Assembly (NCBI GenBank): GCA_034408725.1
Contig: JAWXCN010000152.1
Span: 5,709 to 69,708 of the forward strand
DNA: 64,000 bases
Origin: Candidatus Hydrogenedentota bacterium
GTDB taxonomy: Bacteria; Hydrogenedentota; Hydrogenedentia; Hydrogenedentales; SLHB01
Direction: 5' to 3'
Positions within the stretch are counted from its first letter, which is position 1, and each line of letters starts with the position of its first letter. The notes beneath the pieces were generated by a model that had not been told where the DNA came from, did not search any database, and saw nothing but the letters and a program-made list of their open reading frames with translations. A program made the translations under genes and the position numbers. Below are positions 1 through 9,212 of the stretch, one piece after another.

Positions 1-3000
1 ACCGCCGGACCCAGTTACAACATTGATCTCGTCCCGCCATCCGTTTCCACAATCACTCGCGCGGACGCCAATCCCACGAACGCGGCAAGCGTCGGCTTCA
101 CCGTAACGTTTTCGGAAAACGTCACTGGCGTGACAACGGGAGATTTTGCACTCACGACAACCGGAATCGGAGGCGCGTCTGTTAGCAGTGTCACACCTGT
201 ATCGGCGAGCGTATACACGGTCGCCGTCAATACAGGGTCAGGCTCCGGGACTGTTCGGTTGGACGTCGTGGATGATGACACCATTCTCGATCTCGTTGGC
301 AATAGGCTCGGCGGACTCGGCGCGGGAACGGGCAATTTCAATGCCGGCCAAGTTTACACCATCGATAAAGTTACTCCCGGTGTTCAAAGCATTGTGCGCG
401 CAGCCACAAATCCGACAAACGCGGCCAGCGTTACCTTCACCGTGACCTTCAGCGAAGACGTAACGGGAGTGAACAACGGCGACTTCACGCTTTCGACCTC
501 CGGCGTCGCTGGCGCTTCTGTTTCCGGCACGGTGCAGAACACGCCGAATATCTACAGCGTTACCGTCAATACCGGCACTGGATCAGGCACGGTCCGCCTG
601 GATATCACGGACAACGATTCTATTCAGGATGCGGCGGGCAATCGCCTGGGTGGAACTGGCAATGGAAACGGCAATTTTAACGCCGGTGAAGTGTATACCA
701 TCGACAAAACCGGTCCGGCAGCGCTCTCGATAGTTCGCGCCGCGGCCAGCCCGACAAATGCGGCCTCAATACCGTTTACCGTAACGTTTAGTGAAAACGC
801 CACCGGCGTAAACGGCGCGGATTTCAATCTTACAACGACGGGCGTCGCGGGCGCATCCGTTGGTTCGGTGTCGCAGGTAACACCGGATGTGTACACCGTC
901 AATGTCAATTCCGGCACGGGCACCGGCACTGTCCGGCTCAACTTTAATGACAACGATTCTGTGATTGATGCGCTCGGGAACCCTTCGGGTGGAGCGGGCG
1001 CCGGCAACGGAAACTTCTCGGCCGGCGAAGTCTACACCATCGACCGGACTGGGCCGACCGTATCCACGATCAATCGTCTGGATACAAACCCAACTTCAGC
1101 GGCCGTCGTCGATTACGAGGTGACGTTTAGCGAAAGCGTCACCGGCGTAAACGCTGGAGATTTCACCTTCACGCTCACGGGAGGCGTCGCGGGGGCATCG
1201 GTCGCAAACGTTACCGAAAATACGCCGAGCACGTATACCGTCGCCGTGAACACCGGGACGGGAGCGGGCACGCTTCGCCTGAATTTCACGGACAATGATT
1301 CCGTCGTGGATGGGTTGGGGAACGTGGCGGGCGGCGCGGGAGCGGGCAACGCCAATTTCACGACCGGCCAAGTCTATACCATAGACCGCACGGCACCCGG
1401 TGTTTCGACAATCACCCGCGCGGACGCCAACCCGACGAACTTGGCCAGCGTGGACTTCACGGTGACGTTCACGGAAAACGTCACCGGTGTCGATACGGCC
1501 GACTTCGCATTGAACATTACGGGATTGACCGGCACTTCGGTTACCTCCGTCACCCCCGTATCGGGCACGGTTTATACCGTAGCTGTTTCAACCGGCTCTG
1601 GCTCGGGCACGCTGCGTCTTGATGTCGCCGATAACGACACCATTGCGGATACCGCGTCGAATCTTCTCGGCGGCGCGGGCGCCGGAAACGGAAACTTCAC
1701 CGGAGGCCAGTCGTACACGGTTGATAACGAACCGCCGTCCGTTCTCAGTATCGTGCGCGCGGGAGCCAACCCGACCAACGCCGCCGATGTGTCGTTCACC
1801 GTGACGTTCTCCGAAAATGTCACTGGCGTGAACAATACTGACTTCTCATTGACGACCGGGCTGTCCGGTACCGGGATCACCAGCACGACCCAAAATACGC
1901 CGAGCACATACACCGTCCTCGTAGATGCCGGCACTGGGTCTGGAACACTGCGCCTGAACGTGATTGACAACGACTCTATTCGCGACACGCTCACCAATAG
2001 GCTCGGCGGAAATGGAAACGGAAACGGAAATTTCACCTCCGGCGAGTCATATGACATCGATCGGACAGCACCAACAGTCCTCTCGATTAATTGCGACGAC
2101 CCGAATCCAACGAGTGCCGCGGTCGTCTCGTTCACCGTTACGTTCAGCGAAGCGGTCACAGGTGTAAACAATGGCGATTTCGCACTTCAGGTGTCAGGCG
2201 TCACCGGCGCCACGATAGGCACGACCACTCCAATTACCACAAGCACCTACACGGTTACGGTCAATACCGGAACAGGAGCGGGTACGATTCGGTTGAATCT
2301 GAATGACAACGATTCGATTCGTGATCTCGCAACCAATTTCCTGGGTGGTAGCGGCTCGGGGAACGGAAACTTCACGGGACAGCAATACACCGTGGATACC
2401 AATTTCCCCACTGTGACTTCGATTAACAGAGTGGAGGCCAATCCGACAAATCTCGCCAGCGTCAACTATCTGGTTACATTTAGCGAGAACGTAACAGGCG
2501 TGAACGCTGGCGACTTCTCCGTGTCCGCGGTGACGGTTGCCGGCGCCACAATTTCAAACGTATCTCAGAACACTCCCAGCACGTATACCGTGACGGTAAG
2601 CACCGGAACGGGCGACGGCACCTTGCGGCTTGACTTCATTGATAACGATTCAGTGAAGGATACGTCTGGAAATGCGACCGGCGGAACAGGCCCGAACAAC
2701 GGCAATTTTACGACTGGCCAAAGTTACACAGTGGACAAAACGAGTCCCACTGCGACGTTTGTAATGCCCGATCCAAATCCAACCCGCTCCAATAAGGTGG
2801 ATTTCACACTCAGTTTCAGTGAAAGCGTTGGTACATCGTTCGACGAGACAGACGTAGCCGTCTATGGATCCACAGGGATCGGCGGACGCACGTCCGTGAG
2901 CGTTACGGGCTCCGGCGCGATTTACAACGTTGAAGTGAAAATCGTCGCGGGCAATATCGACGGCATCATCGGCATTACTATCGGTTCGAACGTGTTTGAT

Positions 3001-5370
3001 TTGGCAGGAAATCCGTTCGGCGGAGCGTCGTCACCTGAAACCTATACGGTCGACAACACGCCGCCGACAGCCATAGTCACACTGACCGATCCGAATCCAA
3101 CCAATCTCAACGCTGTTCATTTTAACGTCCTGTTCAGCGAACTCGTCGGCACGACATTTGGAAATGGCGATGTAACGGTCGCGGGCACTCTCGCGGGCGG
3201 CGCAACCAAATCCGTGTCCGGCTCCGATCCCAACTACACGGTGACAATTACTCCAAGCAATCCAAACGCGGACGGGACGATTGATATTATTATCGGAACA
3301 AATGTGAAGGATATCGCCGGCAATAACTTCGAAGGTGCCGCGTCCCCGACAAGTTACATCATCGATAATTCGTTCCCCATGGTGTCCTCAATCGTGCGCG
3401 CTGATGCGAACCCTACCATTGCACCGACGGTAAATTTCACTGTTATGTTCAGTGAAGATGTGTCCGGCGTCGGAACTGGTGACTTCGTGCTCACGACAAC
3501 TGGCGTCTCGGGAGCGTCGATCGTGTCCCGCACGGTCCTTACGCCAAATACTTATACCATCACCGTGAATACGGGATCAGGATCCGGAACGATCCGGCTC
3601 GATCTCGATGATAACGACTCCATCGACGACATCAGCGGCAATCCGCTGGGTGGCGCGGGCCTGGGTAACGGTATCTTCACCACGGGTGAGGTGTACAACA
3701 TCGACCACACGCCGCCAACCGTCCAATCCATCGTGCGCGCGAATGCAAACCCGACAAACGCCGCGACCGTTCAGTACACGGTGACGTTCAACGAAGACGT
3801 GACAGGCGTCAATGCCGGCGACTTCGATCTCGTCACAACGGGCGTCACGGGTGCATCGGTCCTATCGCGCACACAACTCACTCCGAGCACGTATACCGTA
3901 TCCGTGAGCACGGGCACTGGCAATGGAACCGTCCTGCTCCAGCTTGACGACAACGATTCGATTCGCGACGCCGTGAACAATCCGCTCGGAGGCACGGGCA
4001 ACGGCAACGGCGACTTCAACGGTGAAATCTACACCGTAGACAAGACTGCGCCGACCGTCACCGCGATTACGCGCGTGGGTGTGAATCCAACTAATTCATC
4101 CACCGTGCAGTGGGACGTTGAATTGAGCGAGGCCGTCAACGGATTGGTCGCGGCTGACTTCACGCTTGTCACCGTGGGTGTTAGCGGGGCCTTCATTGAC
4201 AGCATCGTCGCGAACGCCCCCGACAGCTACCGCGTAACCGTCGCTACCGGCACGAACAATGGCACCATCCGCCTGAACTTCGTGGATAACGACACGGTGA
4301 CGGACCTTGCTTCCAACCCAATCGGCGGCCCAGGCCTTGGCAACGGAAATTTCACGGGGCAGCAGTATACCGTGCAAAAGAACGCGCCAGTGGTCAACTC
4401 GATCGTGCGGACGGACACGAGCCCAACCAATGCATCGAGCGTGGGGTACACCGTTACATTCTCGGAACCCGTCACCGGTGTGAATGCCGGCGACTTCGCC
4501 TTACCAACGACCGGCCTTACCGGATTGTCCGTGATTTCGGTCACACAGAATACACCCTCGGAATATGCGGTCCAGGTGTCGACCGGCGCGGGAAGCGGAA
4601 GTTTGCGTCTGGACGTGATCGATAACGATTCCATCACCGACGTCACGGCAAACCCGCTCGGCGGCATCGGCTTGAACAACGGCAACTACATGCTGGGCGA
4701 AGTATATCTCGTGGATAGAACCATGCCGGCGGTAGCGGAAATTAGCCGGATCAGTTTGAACCCGACCAATGACGCAACCGTGAGTTTCTCGCTGATGTTT
4801 ACCGAAGATGTCACCGGCGTTGGATTGGATGACGTTGCGCTCGAAACTATCGGCGTCACGGGCGCGAGCATCGTCAGTGTCACGCCGGTGGCCGCGGACG
4901 ACTATGTTGTACTCGTGAATACCGGAAGCGGCGACGGGACAATCGAAGTCGTGCTGAATGACAACGACAGCATCGTGGACGACTTGAACCATCCACTTGG
5001 CGGCGTCGGCGCAGGCAACGGCAATTTTGATGCCGGCGAAGCATTTACGATAGACCGCACACCGCCAACCGTACTGATCGGGAATCCGGCTCCAGGCTCC
5101 ACGGTCAATGGCCCGGTTTACTACACTGTCGCATTCATCGGTGCGGACACTGTCTCATTGAATAACGCGATGGTAACCGTCAGCAGCACTGTAACGGCAG
5201 CAGGCACAGCGACGGTTTCAGGCACGGGCAACGCCGCGCGCCAAGTCGTCCTGAACGGCATCAGCGGAGAAGGCACTCTGGCCATCAGCATTGACGCGGG
5301 CGCGGCAATCGATGCCGCTGGCAACGTCAGCGTCGCGGTTGGTCCGAGCGCAACCGTCGAGGTGACGCTT
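1..5370 (+). repeat. Tandem intragenic modules of about 339 nt (about 113 aa), about 16 units
   Basis: Module starts (I/V)D(K/R/N)T.P near 22, 361, 700, 1039, 1381, 1720, 2056, 2392, 2731, 3049, 3361, 3700, 4036, 4372, 4711, 5050. Units at 2731 and 3049 are a shorter divergent subtype and the last unit is also divergent. Confidence 0.85.
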
Positions 5371-5469
5371 ACTCCAAGCGTACCCGTCAACCCGTGGTTG
5401 CTCCTGGGCACGATGTTGGCCGCATTCGCGGCATACTCCCTGGTTATAAGGAAACGGTTGCGAAACTAA
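1..5469 (+). CDS. Giant surface protein with tandem bacterial Ig-like (Big_12/Big_13-like) repeats and C-terminal membrane anchor; 5'-truncated by window edge
   Basis: Frame is open from base 1 (TAGPSYNIDLVPPSV...). About 16 Thr/Gly/Asn/Asp-rich modules with motifs NPTNA, TVTFSE.VTGV...DF, GTG.GT.RL...DNDSI.D..GN.LGG.G.GNGNF. Ends in VPVNPW + hydrophobic helix + RKRLRN. Confidence 0.85.
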   Translation, partial: TAGPSYNIDLVPPSVSTITRADANPTNAASVGFTVTFSENVTGVTTGDFALTTTGIGGASVSSVTPVSASVYTVAVNTGSGSGTVRLDVVDDDTILDLVGNRLGGLGAGTGNFNAGQVYTIDKVTPGVQSIVRAATNPTNAASVTFTVTFSEDVTGVNNGDFTLSTSGVAGASVSGTVQNTPNIYSVTVNTGTGSGTVRLDITDNDSIQDAAGNRLGGTGNGNGNFNAGEVYTIDKTGPAALSIVRAAASPTNAASIPFTVTFSENATGVNGADFNLTTTGVAGASVGSVSQVTPDVYTVNVNSGTGTGTVRLNFNDNDSVIDALGNPSGGAGAGNGNFSAGEVYTIDRTGPTVSTINRLDTNPTSAAVVDYEVTFSESVTGVNAGDFTFTLTGGVAGASVANVTENTPSTYTVAVNTGTGAGTLRLNFTDNDSVVDGLGNVAGGAGAGNANFTTGQVYTIDRTAPGVSTITRADANPTNLASVDFTVTFTENVTGVDTADFALNITGLTGTSVTSVTPVSGTVYTVAVSTGSGSGTLRLDVADNDTIADTASNLLGGAGAGNGNFTGGQSYTVDNEPPSVLSIVRAGANPTNAADVSFTVTFSENVTGVNNTDFSLTTGLSGTGITSTTQNTPSTYTVLVDAGTGSGTLRLNVIDNDSIRDTLTNRLGGNGNGNGNFTSGESYDIDRTAPTVLSINCDDPNPTSAAVVSFTVTFSEAVTGVNNGDFALQVSGVTGATIGTTTPITTSTYTVTVNTGTGAGTIRLNLNDNDSIRDLATNFLGGSGSGNGNFTGQQYTVDTNFPTVTSINRVEANPTNLASVNYLVTFSENVTGVNAGDFSVSAVTVAGATISNVSQNTPSTYTVTVSTGTGDGTLRLDFIDNDSVKDTSGNATGGTGPNNGNFTTGQSYTVDKTSPTATFVMPDPNPTRSNKVDFTLSFSESVGTSFDETDVAVYGSTGIGGRTSVSVTGSGAIYNVEVKIVAGNIDGIIGITIGSNVFDLAGNPFGGASSPETYTVDNTPPTAIVTLTDPNPTNLNAVHFNVLFSELVGTTFGNGDVTVAGTLAGGATKSVSGSDPNYTVTITPSNPNADGTIDIIIGTNVKDIAGNNFEGAASPTSYIIDNSFPMVSSIVRADANPTIAPTVNFTVMFSEDVSGVGTGDFVLTTTGVSGASIVSRTVLTPNTYTITVNTGSGSGTIRLDLDDNDSIDDISGNPLGGAGLGNGIFTTGEVYNIDHTPPTVQSIVRANANPTNAATVQYTVTFNEDVTGVNAGDFDLVTTGVTGASVLSRTQLTPSTYTVSVSTGTGNGTVLLQLDDNDSIRDAVNNPLGGTGNGNGDFNGEIYTVDKTAPTVTAITRVGVNPTNSSTVQWDVELSEAVNGLVAADFTLVTVGVSGAFIDSIVANAPDSYRVTVATGTNNGTIRLNFVDNDTVTDLASNPIGGPGLGNGNFTGQQYTVQKNAPVVNSIVRTDTSPTNASSVGYTVTFSEPVTGVNAGDFALPTTGLTGLSVISVTQNTPSEYAVQVSTGAGSGSLRLDVIDNDSITDVTANPLGGIGLNNGNYMLGEVYLVDRTMPAVAEISRISLNPTNDATVSFSLMFTEDVTGVGLDDVALETIGVTGASIVSVTPVAADDYVVLVNTGSGDGTIEVVLNDNDSIVDDLNHPLGGVGAGNGNFDAGEAFTIDRTPPTVLIGNPAPGSTVNGPVYYTVAFIGADTVSLNNAMVTVSSTVTAAGTATVSGTGNAARQVVLNGISGEGTLAISIDAGAAIDAAGNVSVAVGPSATVEVTLTPSVPVNPWLLLGTMLAAFAAYSLVIRKRLRN

Positions 5470-5502
5470 ACCGCTGCATCAGACGTAACGAAGTAGAATC
5501 CG

Positions 5503-5539
5503 GCGTCACACAGGCTACTGTGTGGCGCAGGACTTTTTT
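5503..5539 (+). terminator. Probable intrinsic terminator after the giant surface-protein gene
   Basis: GCGTCACACAG-GCTA-CTGTGTGGCGC hairpin (one G-U pair) followed after 5 nt by a T6 run. Confidence 0.55.
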
Positions 5540-5585
5540 ACGCGATCCCGCAACACCAACTTCCGCGTGGTTGCGCCCAGACAGT

Positions 5586-6401
5586 TCATCCCGCGTCGCG
5601 ATCAAACTCCGACCGAAACCGCCGCGTCATAATGGCATCGTACATCACCGGCGCGAACTTGCGCAGGAGCCATGCCAGCTTGCCGGTCCCTGATAAAACA
5701 ACCAGCCGTTTCCGTCGCGCAATCGCATCGATCGCCGCGGCCGCAACCTCCTCTGGCGCTGCGACAGAGGCTGTCTCGCTTCGGCCGCCTTGCGCTACCG
5801 AACCGTCCGCGGCCAGCGCTCGATGGTCAAGCCCGGAGCGCGTAAATGACGGGCAAACCATCGTAACGCCCACACCATGACGTTTGACTTCGCATCGCAG
5901 TGTTTCAAAATATCCGTGCAATGCGTGTTTGCTCGCGCAATACCCCGTGCGGCCCAACAGTGGCGCAAAGCCCGCCACGCTGCTCATCACGCCGATGACG
6001 CCGCGCCGTCGGATGAGTGAAGGCAATGCCGCGTGCGTGCAATGCACCGCGCCAAAGAAATTCACGTCCATTACCCGGCGATAAACACCGGGGGACGTGA
6101 GTTCTCCCAAACTGAAATGCGTGATGCCCGCGTTGTTGATGAGCACGTCGATGCCGCCAAACTCCGCGCAAACCTGCTCTATCGCCGACATGCAATTCAA
6201 TGCATTCGACACGTCCACCGTTACGGATATTGCCCGCGCGCCGGTCGCAATCACGTCGTCATGGACGGATTGCAGCGCCGTCGCATCGATATCAAGCAGC
6301 GCAATCGATGCGCCTTCACGCGCGAACTGCGTGCTCAACGCCGCTCCTATTCCGCCCGCTGCGCCAGTAATTGCCACTACCTTTCCATCGAAGCGCTTCA
6401 C
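5586..6401 (-). CDS. Short-chain dehydrogenase/reductase (classical SDR)
   Basis: TGAAGGIG Rossmann motif, NNAG, catalytic YCASK. GTG start 2 nt after the upstream stop. Confidence 0.9.
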   Translation of the reverse strand: MKRFDGKVVAITGAAGGIGAALSTQFAREGASIALLDIDATALQSVHDDVIATGARAISVTVDVSNALNCMSAIEQVCAEFGGIDVLINNAGITHFSLGELTSPGVYRRVMDVNFFGAVHCTHAALPSLIRRRGVIGVMSSVAGFAPLLGRTGYCASKHALHGYFETLRCEVKRHGVGVTMVCPSFTRSGLDHRALAADGSVAQGGRSETASVAAPEEVAAAAIDAIARRKRLVVLSGTGKLAWLLRKFAPVMYDAIMTRRFRSEFDRDAG

Positions 6402-6403
6402 AG

Positions 6404-7375
6404 TTACAGCAACCCCTTACTCTGCGCATAAAAATCGAAGGCTTCCCGCGATGTTTTTTCGGGAACGTATCCAAATACATCTTTCAACCGATCGTTGGCC
6501 AGCACCGGACGATACCGCAGAAAATCGATCTGCTCTGGCCCATACGGCGTCCGATTCATGCGCCTTAACACACGCAATGCAAGAGACAACAGCACGGGTG
6601 GTACCCCGACATACTTTTTGTTCAATCGCGCCGCGATGTCCTTCAACGTCATTGCCCCGTCACCGGCGAGATTAAAGATGCCCTCCCGCCGCTCGATAAT
6701 ACCCTTCACAACGCACGCGACAACATCCTGGTCCCAGATAAAAACGAAGGGCGACGGCGCGCCTGCAACTCCCATAATGGCCCTGCCCTCGAATAACCTG
6801 GTGATCTGATTGGAAGTGCTTGAGCCCAGTATCGTACCCGGCCTGAAAATAAGTTGTCGAAGGTGCGGAGCGGACTCGCGATATGCCGCCAGCATTTCTT
6901 CGACCTGGCGCTTGTGGTCGGAATAAGCGAACGCGCTGTTGCCGCGAATCGGATCGTCCTCGCGCAACGGTTGCGCATTGTCCGCGTAATACCCGTACGC
7001 CGCGCCACTGCTCGTAACGATAAGGTGCGATACGCCCGCGCGAAGGCAGCATTCCACAACATTTCGTGTGCCCCCGACATCCACGGAGTATTCGAACTCG
7101 CGGTTTGACTGTTTGCCAGGCGTAACGATGGACGCCAAATGCACGACAGTATCCGCGGCGAAACCGCGCAACAACGATTCAAGTCCTGCGTCGCGTACAT
7201 CGCTCACGACATAATCAATTCCCGCTATGCGGCGGTCCTCCCCAATCTCCCGAACGTCCGCGGCGACAATGCGCGAAAACGCCTCGCGGCGTTCCGCCAG
7301 CTCGCGAATCGTCGCTGAACCAATATATCCGCCCGCGCCAGTCACAAGTACGGAAAGTGGTTTCGCCGCGGTCAT
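6404..7375 (-). CDS. NAD-dependent epimerase/dehydratase (extended SDR)
   Basis: TGAGGYIG, HLAS, YSDHK (YxxxK). Start moved to ATG 7375, which overlaps the upstream TGA (ATGA). Confidence 0.85.
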   Translation of the reverse strand: MTAAKPLSVLVTGAGGYIGSATIRELAERREAFSRIVAADVREIGEDRRIAGIDYVVSDVRDAGLESLLRGFAADTVVHLASIVTPGKQSNREFEYSVDVGGTRNVVECCLRAGVSHLIVTSSGAAYGYYADNAQPLREDDPIRGNSAFAYSDHKRQVEEMLAAYRESAPHLRQLIFRPGTILGSSTSNQITRLFEGRAIMGVAGAPSPFVFIWDQDVVACVVKGIIERREGIFNLAGDGAMTLKDIAARLNKKYVGVPPVLLSLALRVLRRMNRTPYGPEQIDFLRYRPVLANDRLKDVFGYVPEKTSREAFDFYAQSKGLL

Positions 7376-8301
7376 ATTTCGCTCTCGACCGTTGCAGAAA
7401 CAAAAGGGATTCTCGACCAAAAACGGGCAAGCGTCAATCCCGCGACAATGTGCCAAATCCCCCAGAACCCGGCTAAGAGCGCCATGCCGCCGAGATGAGG
7501 GAAGTATTGAAAAATCAGCGCAAGGCCGAGCGCCGAGTTTTGTATCCCAACTTCGATCGTCACCGCGCGCGTGTCCGGCTTCGAGAGCCCCGCGATCTTG
7601 CTGGCGAAATATCCCGACGTGAAGGCAAGCGCATTGTGAGGAACCACCGCCAAAAGAATTAGGCCCATATGCGCGGTGAAGACGGAAATGTCGCGCGCGA
7701 ATGCCACCACGATAATGAACAGCAACCCGCCGACGGATAGCATTTTGAACGGCTTGTGCAGCTTCCCGGCCACGCGGGGAAACCGGCCCGCGACGAAAAG
7801 TCCCACCAGCAACGGAATGCCCAGAATGATGACGACGGTGAGAAGCATTTCGCTGGAACGCAGATCCACCTTTTGCAGTAATGTCGCGGTATCCGGATTC
7901 AGTTTGCCGTAGAACGCGAAATTGAATGGCGTCATGACAATTGCCGCAAACGTCGATACCGCCGTCATACTCACCGAAAGCGCCGTGTTCCCCTTGGCAA
8001 GGTAGGTTATAAAATTGCTCATGTTCCCGCCGGGACAGGCCGCCACCAGGATCATGCCCAGCGCAATGCTCGGATGCGGTTTCAGAATCAACGTGAGTAG
8101 ATAGGTAAATGCAGGAAACAACACAAACTGCGCAACCAATCCGATCGCCACGGGCCTGGGCTGGCGCAACACTCTTTTGAAATCATCCGCTTTCAAATCC
8201 AGTGCCACGCCAAACATGATAACCGCGATAATCAGGTTCACCACCCAAACCGTGTCGGGGTTGAAACTGATCTTCACCGCATCGAGTTCCGGTGAGTTCA
8301 T
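7372..8301 (-). CDS. Bile acid:sodium symporter (BASS/SBF) family transporter
   Basis: MFGVALDL, GLVAQF, AACPGGNMSN, EVGIQNSAL motifs; multiple TM segments; ATGA overlap with upstream gene. Confidence 0.92.
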   Translation of the reverse strand: MNSPELDAVKISFNPDTVWVVNLIIAVIMFGVALDLKADDFKRVLRQPRPVAIGLVAQFVLFPAFTYLLTLILKPHPSIALGMILVAACPGGNMSNFITYLAKGNTALSVSMTAVSTFAAIVMTPFNFAFYGKLNPDTATLLQKVDLRSSEMLLTVVIILGIPLLVGLFVAGRFPRVAGKLHKPFKMLSVGGLLFIIVVAFARDISVFTAHMGLILLAVVPHNALAFTSGYFASKIAGLSKPDTRAVTIEVGIQNSALGLALIFQYFPHLGGMALLAGFWGIWHIVAGLTLARFWSRIPFVSATVESEI

Positions 8302-9206
8302 GAGACCGCACCGGACTCGCTAGCTCGAATTTCAGACGCTGGCGCCGCAACACGGGGAAACAACGGATCAACGAATTCACTCACGGCGCGCCGGAAGTCG
8401 TCGGGGGCATCATAAAATGTCCCGTGTCCGCCTGGAAGGCGGGCAAATTCTTTTGGCTTGTTCGCAAGATGGAAAAGCGCGCGTCCTTGTTCAAACGGAA
8501 CAAAATTGTCCTCCACGCCGTGAAGTATCAATACCGGCGACGTAACCTTTGCAATCTTTGAAGCATTGTCGAACCGATGCTTCAATAGAAGCCCGACGGG
8601 AAAATAAGGATACTGGGCGCTCGCATTGGCGGTGACACTGGTATACGGACTCAGCAGGACCAGCGCCCCAGGTTTTTTCGTATGCGCAAGCTCGACGCTC
8701 GGCCCGGTCCCCAATGATTCGCCAAACACCAGGATGCGTTCGGGCGGGATGCCCAACGATCCGGTCAAGTGCTCCCATGCGGCGCGCACGTCTGCATAGC
8801 AACGGACCTCGGAAGGTTTTCCGGTGCTCCGCCAATAACCGCCGTACTCGTACATAAAGATGCTAAAGCCGAGATCGTAAAACGATTTTGCCATTTCCAG
8901 GCGTTCGCCCATGGTCTCGCCCAGGCCATGTGAAAACAGGACTACGCCGCGCGCGTTGTCTTGTTCCATGTACCAGAATTCGGATTGATGGTCTTCAACC
9001 GAAAGAAAACCGGAAGCGAAATCGGAAATCCCGACATCGAGAGGAGTGCGATCACTTACGGGCCTGTCCGGGAAAATGAGCCGATCCTGAAAGGTGTACA
9101 AGGCGGCAACCGCGGCACCATATAGCACGGCCACCGCAAGAAGTCCCCATGCGAGGCCCTTCCTCAGCCGCGCTCGCAACGTCCGCTTACGTGTTTCCGG
9201 TAACAC
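8298..9206 (-). CDS. Alpha/beta hydrolase (Bem46/ABHD13-like) with N-terminal membrane anchor
   Basis: N-terminal TM then QDRLIFP, YGGYWRSTGKPSE, nucleophile elbow GESLG, HGVED and GGH completing a Ser-Asp-His triad. Confidence 0.88.
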   Translation of the reverse strand: MLPETRKRTLRARLRKGLAWGLLAVAVLYGAAVAALYTFQDRLIFPDRPVSDRTPLDVGISDFASGFLSVEDHQSEFWYMEQDNARGVVLFSHGLGETMGERLEMAKSFYDLGFSIFMYEYGGYWRSTGKPSEVRCYADVRAAWEHLTGSLGIPPERILVFGESLGTGPSVELAHTKKPGALVLLSPYTSVTANASAQYPYFPVGLLLKHRFDNASKIAKVTSPVLILHGVEDNFVPFEQGRALFHLANKPKEFARLPGGHGTFYDAPDDFRRAVSEFVDPLFPRVAAPASEIRASESGAVS

Positions 9207-9212
9207 GTGCCG

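Noticed and set aside
15-5411. Many antisense and off-frame ORFs inside the giant repeat gene
   Set aside because: They mirror the repeat periodicity of the real ORF and have no independent motifs; shadow ORFs.
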